Source: Nostoc sp.
GTDB lineage: Bacteria > Cyanobacteriota > Cyanobacteriia > Cyanobacteriales > Nostocaceae
DNA: 64,000 nt
Assembly: GCA_036918135.1 (NCBI GenBank)
Contig: JBALDB010000036.1
Span: 1-64,000 of the forward strand
Direction: 5' to 3'
Translations under genes and position numbers: made by a program
The notes under the pieces: model-generated
The model's database searches: none
What the model saw: the letters and a program-made list of their open reading frames with translations, nothing else
Told to the model about the DNA's origin: nothing
In this document: positions 61,942-64,000 of the stretch, piece by piece
Position numbering within the stretch: the first letter of the stretch is position 1
Layout of the letters: every line of letters begins with the position of its first letter

Positions 61942-62370
61942 CTACTTTTGGCGACGTAAAGATAGTAACTCTTGAGGTGAAGCTAAAAGTTTGATTCTAG
62001 TATATAAAATTTGCTGTTGTTGGTTGAGGATAAATAGCCACAAGACATTTATGCCGCACCAAGAGGTTTGTGCTTTGCCTGTGACTTGGACTTGGATATT
62101 ACCGTCTTCCAAAGTGTCGCTTATTCCTGTGTTGGGGTAAGCTTTAATGTTTTGGGCTTCTTGCTTTAAGTAAGCTGCGATCGCATCACATCCAACAATA
62201 TCAGATTCTAACGGTGGATGCATCACACCGTCTTCGGCAAATAAAGCCGCAGTTGCGTCAAATTCTCCGGCATTTAATGTTTCAAAATAACGCAGTACAC
62301 TTGTTTGTGTAATTCCCTCAATCTGGAATTTTGATGAAGGCTGTACTGGGGATATTTCAGCAGAGGTCAT
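61942..62370 (-). CDS. NTF2-like carotenoid carrier CTDH/CCP (OCP C-terminal domain homologue), Cys-containing type
   Basis: IEGI....VLRYFETLNA.EF...AALFA.DG...PP, VTGK.QT.WCG.NV.W.F.LN, LLASPQELL. Confidence 0.85.
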   Translation of the reverse strand: MTSAEISPVQPSSKFQIEGITQTSVLRYFETLNAGEFDATAALFAEDGVMHPPLESDIVGCDAIAAYLKQEAQNIKAYPNTGISDTLEDGNIQVQVTGKAQTSWCGINVLWLFILNQQQQILYTRIKLLASPQELLSLRRQK

Positions 62371-62524
62371 AAAATTGCCTGTATCAAGCTAACTAAATAT
62401 TAATTTCAGTACAAAAATCGCTAAAAAGAAAGCCACTATTGAGATAGATTGCCACACATGTACAAATCTTTCTCACGATGGAAGTTTTGGTTCGACAAAT
62501 TTTGGCTAACTCCTCAGCCGAAAG

Positions 62525-62553
62525 ATCCCTGATTTCTTAAACAAATCAGGGAT
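62525..62553. other. perfect 11-bp inverted repeat between divergent genes
   Basis: atccctgattt-cttaaac-aaatcagggat. Confidence 0.5.
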
Positions 62554-62655
62554 TTGAGATAATAAATGTAAAAGAAGTAACAAATATTTATCAAAAAATC
62601 ACTAGATAATGTATAATCTATATGCCTATAGTTAGGCAAATCCAGTTAAAAAACA

Positions 62656-64000
62656 ATGAACCAGTGTTCGGTAACTAGCAGCGTAGTTAAACAAAAAGCT
62701 AGCGAGTTAGGCTTTCATCAAGTTGGAATTGCTGCTGTAGATAGGGTAGCTGCCACAGAAGCGCAGAGGTTGCAAGCATGGATAGCACTCGGTTATCACG
62801 CCGATATGGAATGGATGACGAATCCAAAGCGTCAGGATATCCGGTTAGTGATGCCAGAAGTGCGATCGCTAATCTGTGTAGCACTAAATTACTACACCTC
62901 ACATCAACGTCCCCAAGGTAAAGAATACGCTAAAATTTCGCGTTATAGCTGGGGAAGGGATTATCACAAGGTGATGCATAAAAAACTTAAACAGCTAACC
63001 ACATGGTTAAAATCGCTCGATGAAAGCATTCGCGCAATTTATTATGCAGACACGGGGCCAGTACAAGATAAAGTGTGGGCACAACAAGCCGGAATTGGTT
63101 GGATTGCCAAAAATGGTAACGTGATTACACGCGATTATGGCTCTTGGGTCTTTTTAGGAGAAGTGTTGACCAACTTGGAATTAGAGAGCGATCGCCCCCA
63201 TACACAACACTGTGGTAGCTGTACTCGTTGTCTTGAGGCTTGTCCTACGGGTGCAATTACTCAGCCTTTTGTTGTGGATGCTAATCGCTGCATTGCTTAT
63301 CATACAATTGAAAATCGGGCAGAAGAATTACCACAGACTCTTATACCCCATTTACATGGCTGGGTTGCTGGTTGTGACATCTGCCAAGATGTTTGTCCTT
63401 GGAATCAACGTTTTGCTAAGACTACTGATATCACTGAGTTTGCCCCTTATCCTGGGAATCTTGCTCCACAACTGTTAGAATTAGCCCAAATCTCAGATTG
63501 CGAATGGGACAAACGATTTCCAGCATCCGCCTTACGACGGATTAAGCCAGAAATGTTACGACGCAACGCTCGAGCTAATCTTGACGTATCTAGGCCAGAG
63601 ATGACCCAAAAAGTAATTATTTTTGATTTTGATGGCACGATTGCAGATACCGTAGATGCCCTTGTAAGTATTGCCAATCGTCTAGCTGTAGATTTTGGTT
63701 ATATACAAATAACCCCAGACCAATTAACTCTACTCAAAAACTTAACATCTAGGGAAATTATTAAGTACTCCGGAGTTTCGCTATTTAAGATACCTTTTCT
63801 AGTAAAAAAAGTTAAAGGAGAATTAAAAAATAAAATTCCTGAATTAAAGCCCATTCCAGGAATAAAAGAAGCATTAACAGAACTCCAAGCTCAAGGATAT
63901 AAACTAGGAATCATTACTTCTAATTCTAAAGAGAATGTAACTCAGTTCCTTACAATCAATAATTTAAATCACTTGTTTGATTTTATATATTCAGGAATTA
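62656..64000 (+). CDS. queG: epoxyqueuosine reductase QueG in frame with a HAD-IA hydrolase (from ATG 63601); runs off the window
   Basis: Manual translation, frame +1, no stop: ISRY.WGRDYH, DTGP, CGSCTRCLEACPT, GCDICQDVCPWN, then MTQKVIIFDFDGTIADT. Confidence 0.88.
   Translation, partial: MNQCSVTSSVVKQKASELGFHQVGIAAVDRVAATEAQRLQAWIALGYHADMEWMTNPKRQDIRLVMPEVRSLICVALNYYTSHQRPQGKEYAKISRYSWGRDYHKVMHKKLKQLTTWLKSLDESIRAIYYADTGPVQDKVWAQQAGIGWIAKNGNVITRDYGSWVFLGEVLTNLELESDRPHTQHCGSCTRCLEACPTGAITQPFVVDANRCIAYHTIENRAEELPQTLIPHLHGWVAGCDICQDVCPWNQRFAKTTDITEFAPYPGNLAPQLLELAQISDCEWDKRFPASALRRIKPEMLRRNARANLDVSRPEMTQKVIIFDFDGTIADTVDALVSIANRLAVDFGYIQITPDQLTLLKNLTSREIIKYSGVSLFKIPFLVKKVKGELKNKIPELKPIPGIKEALTELQAQGYKLGIITSNSKENVTQFLTINNLNHLFDFIYSGI

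Noticed and set aside
793..63677. Numerous short antisense or alternate-frame ORFs in the track
   Set aside because: They overlap well-supported genes and lack motifs; treated as shadow ORFs.

Overview
64 kb from a filamentous cyanobacterium, most likely Nostoc-like: the HIP1 octamer GCGATCGC is frequent, and heptamer STRR repeats and small HIP1-inserted repeats occur. (1) Bases 1-22457 are the downstream part of an extracellular contractile injection system (eCIS) locus; sheath and tube genes are not in the window. It encodes a DUF4255/Pvc16-like cap, AAA+ ATPase, Pvc10-like tip, tube initiator, LysM protein, hub, spike, gp25, two baseplate-J-like wedges, a tail-I-like protein and a DUF6519 protein. 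A variable cargo slot in it holds an amidase, a DUF4157 protein with an HNH-like toxin tip, an Imm21-like immunity gene and an inverted higBA module with a frameshifted toxin. (2) 22460-25700 is a mosaic of IS110, IS701, recD2, IS4 and solute-binding-protein fragments. (3) 25790-40956 holds accessory signalling and transport genes, several of them truncated. (4) 40990-49600 is a type I secretion module with a foldase and two tandem PPC-domain candidate cargo genes that share duplicated non-coding blocks. (5) 49860-64000 is mostly housekeeping-type genes (ftsE, WecB/TagA, partner-switching genes, CTDH). It ends in a queG reading frame fused in frame to a HAD hydrolase, which the ORF track missed. 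All family calls come from motif recognition by eye; no searches were run.
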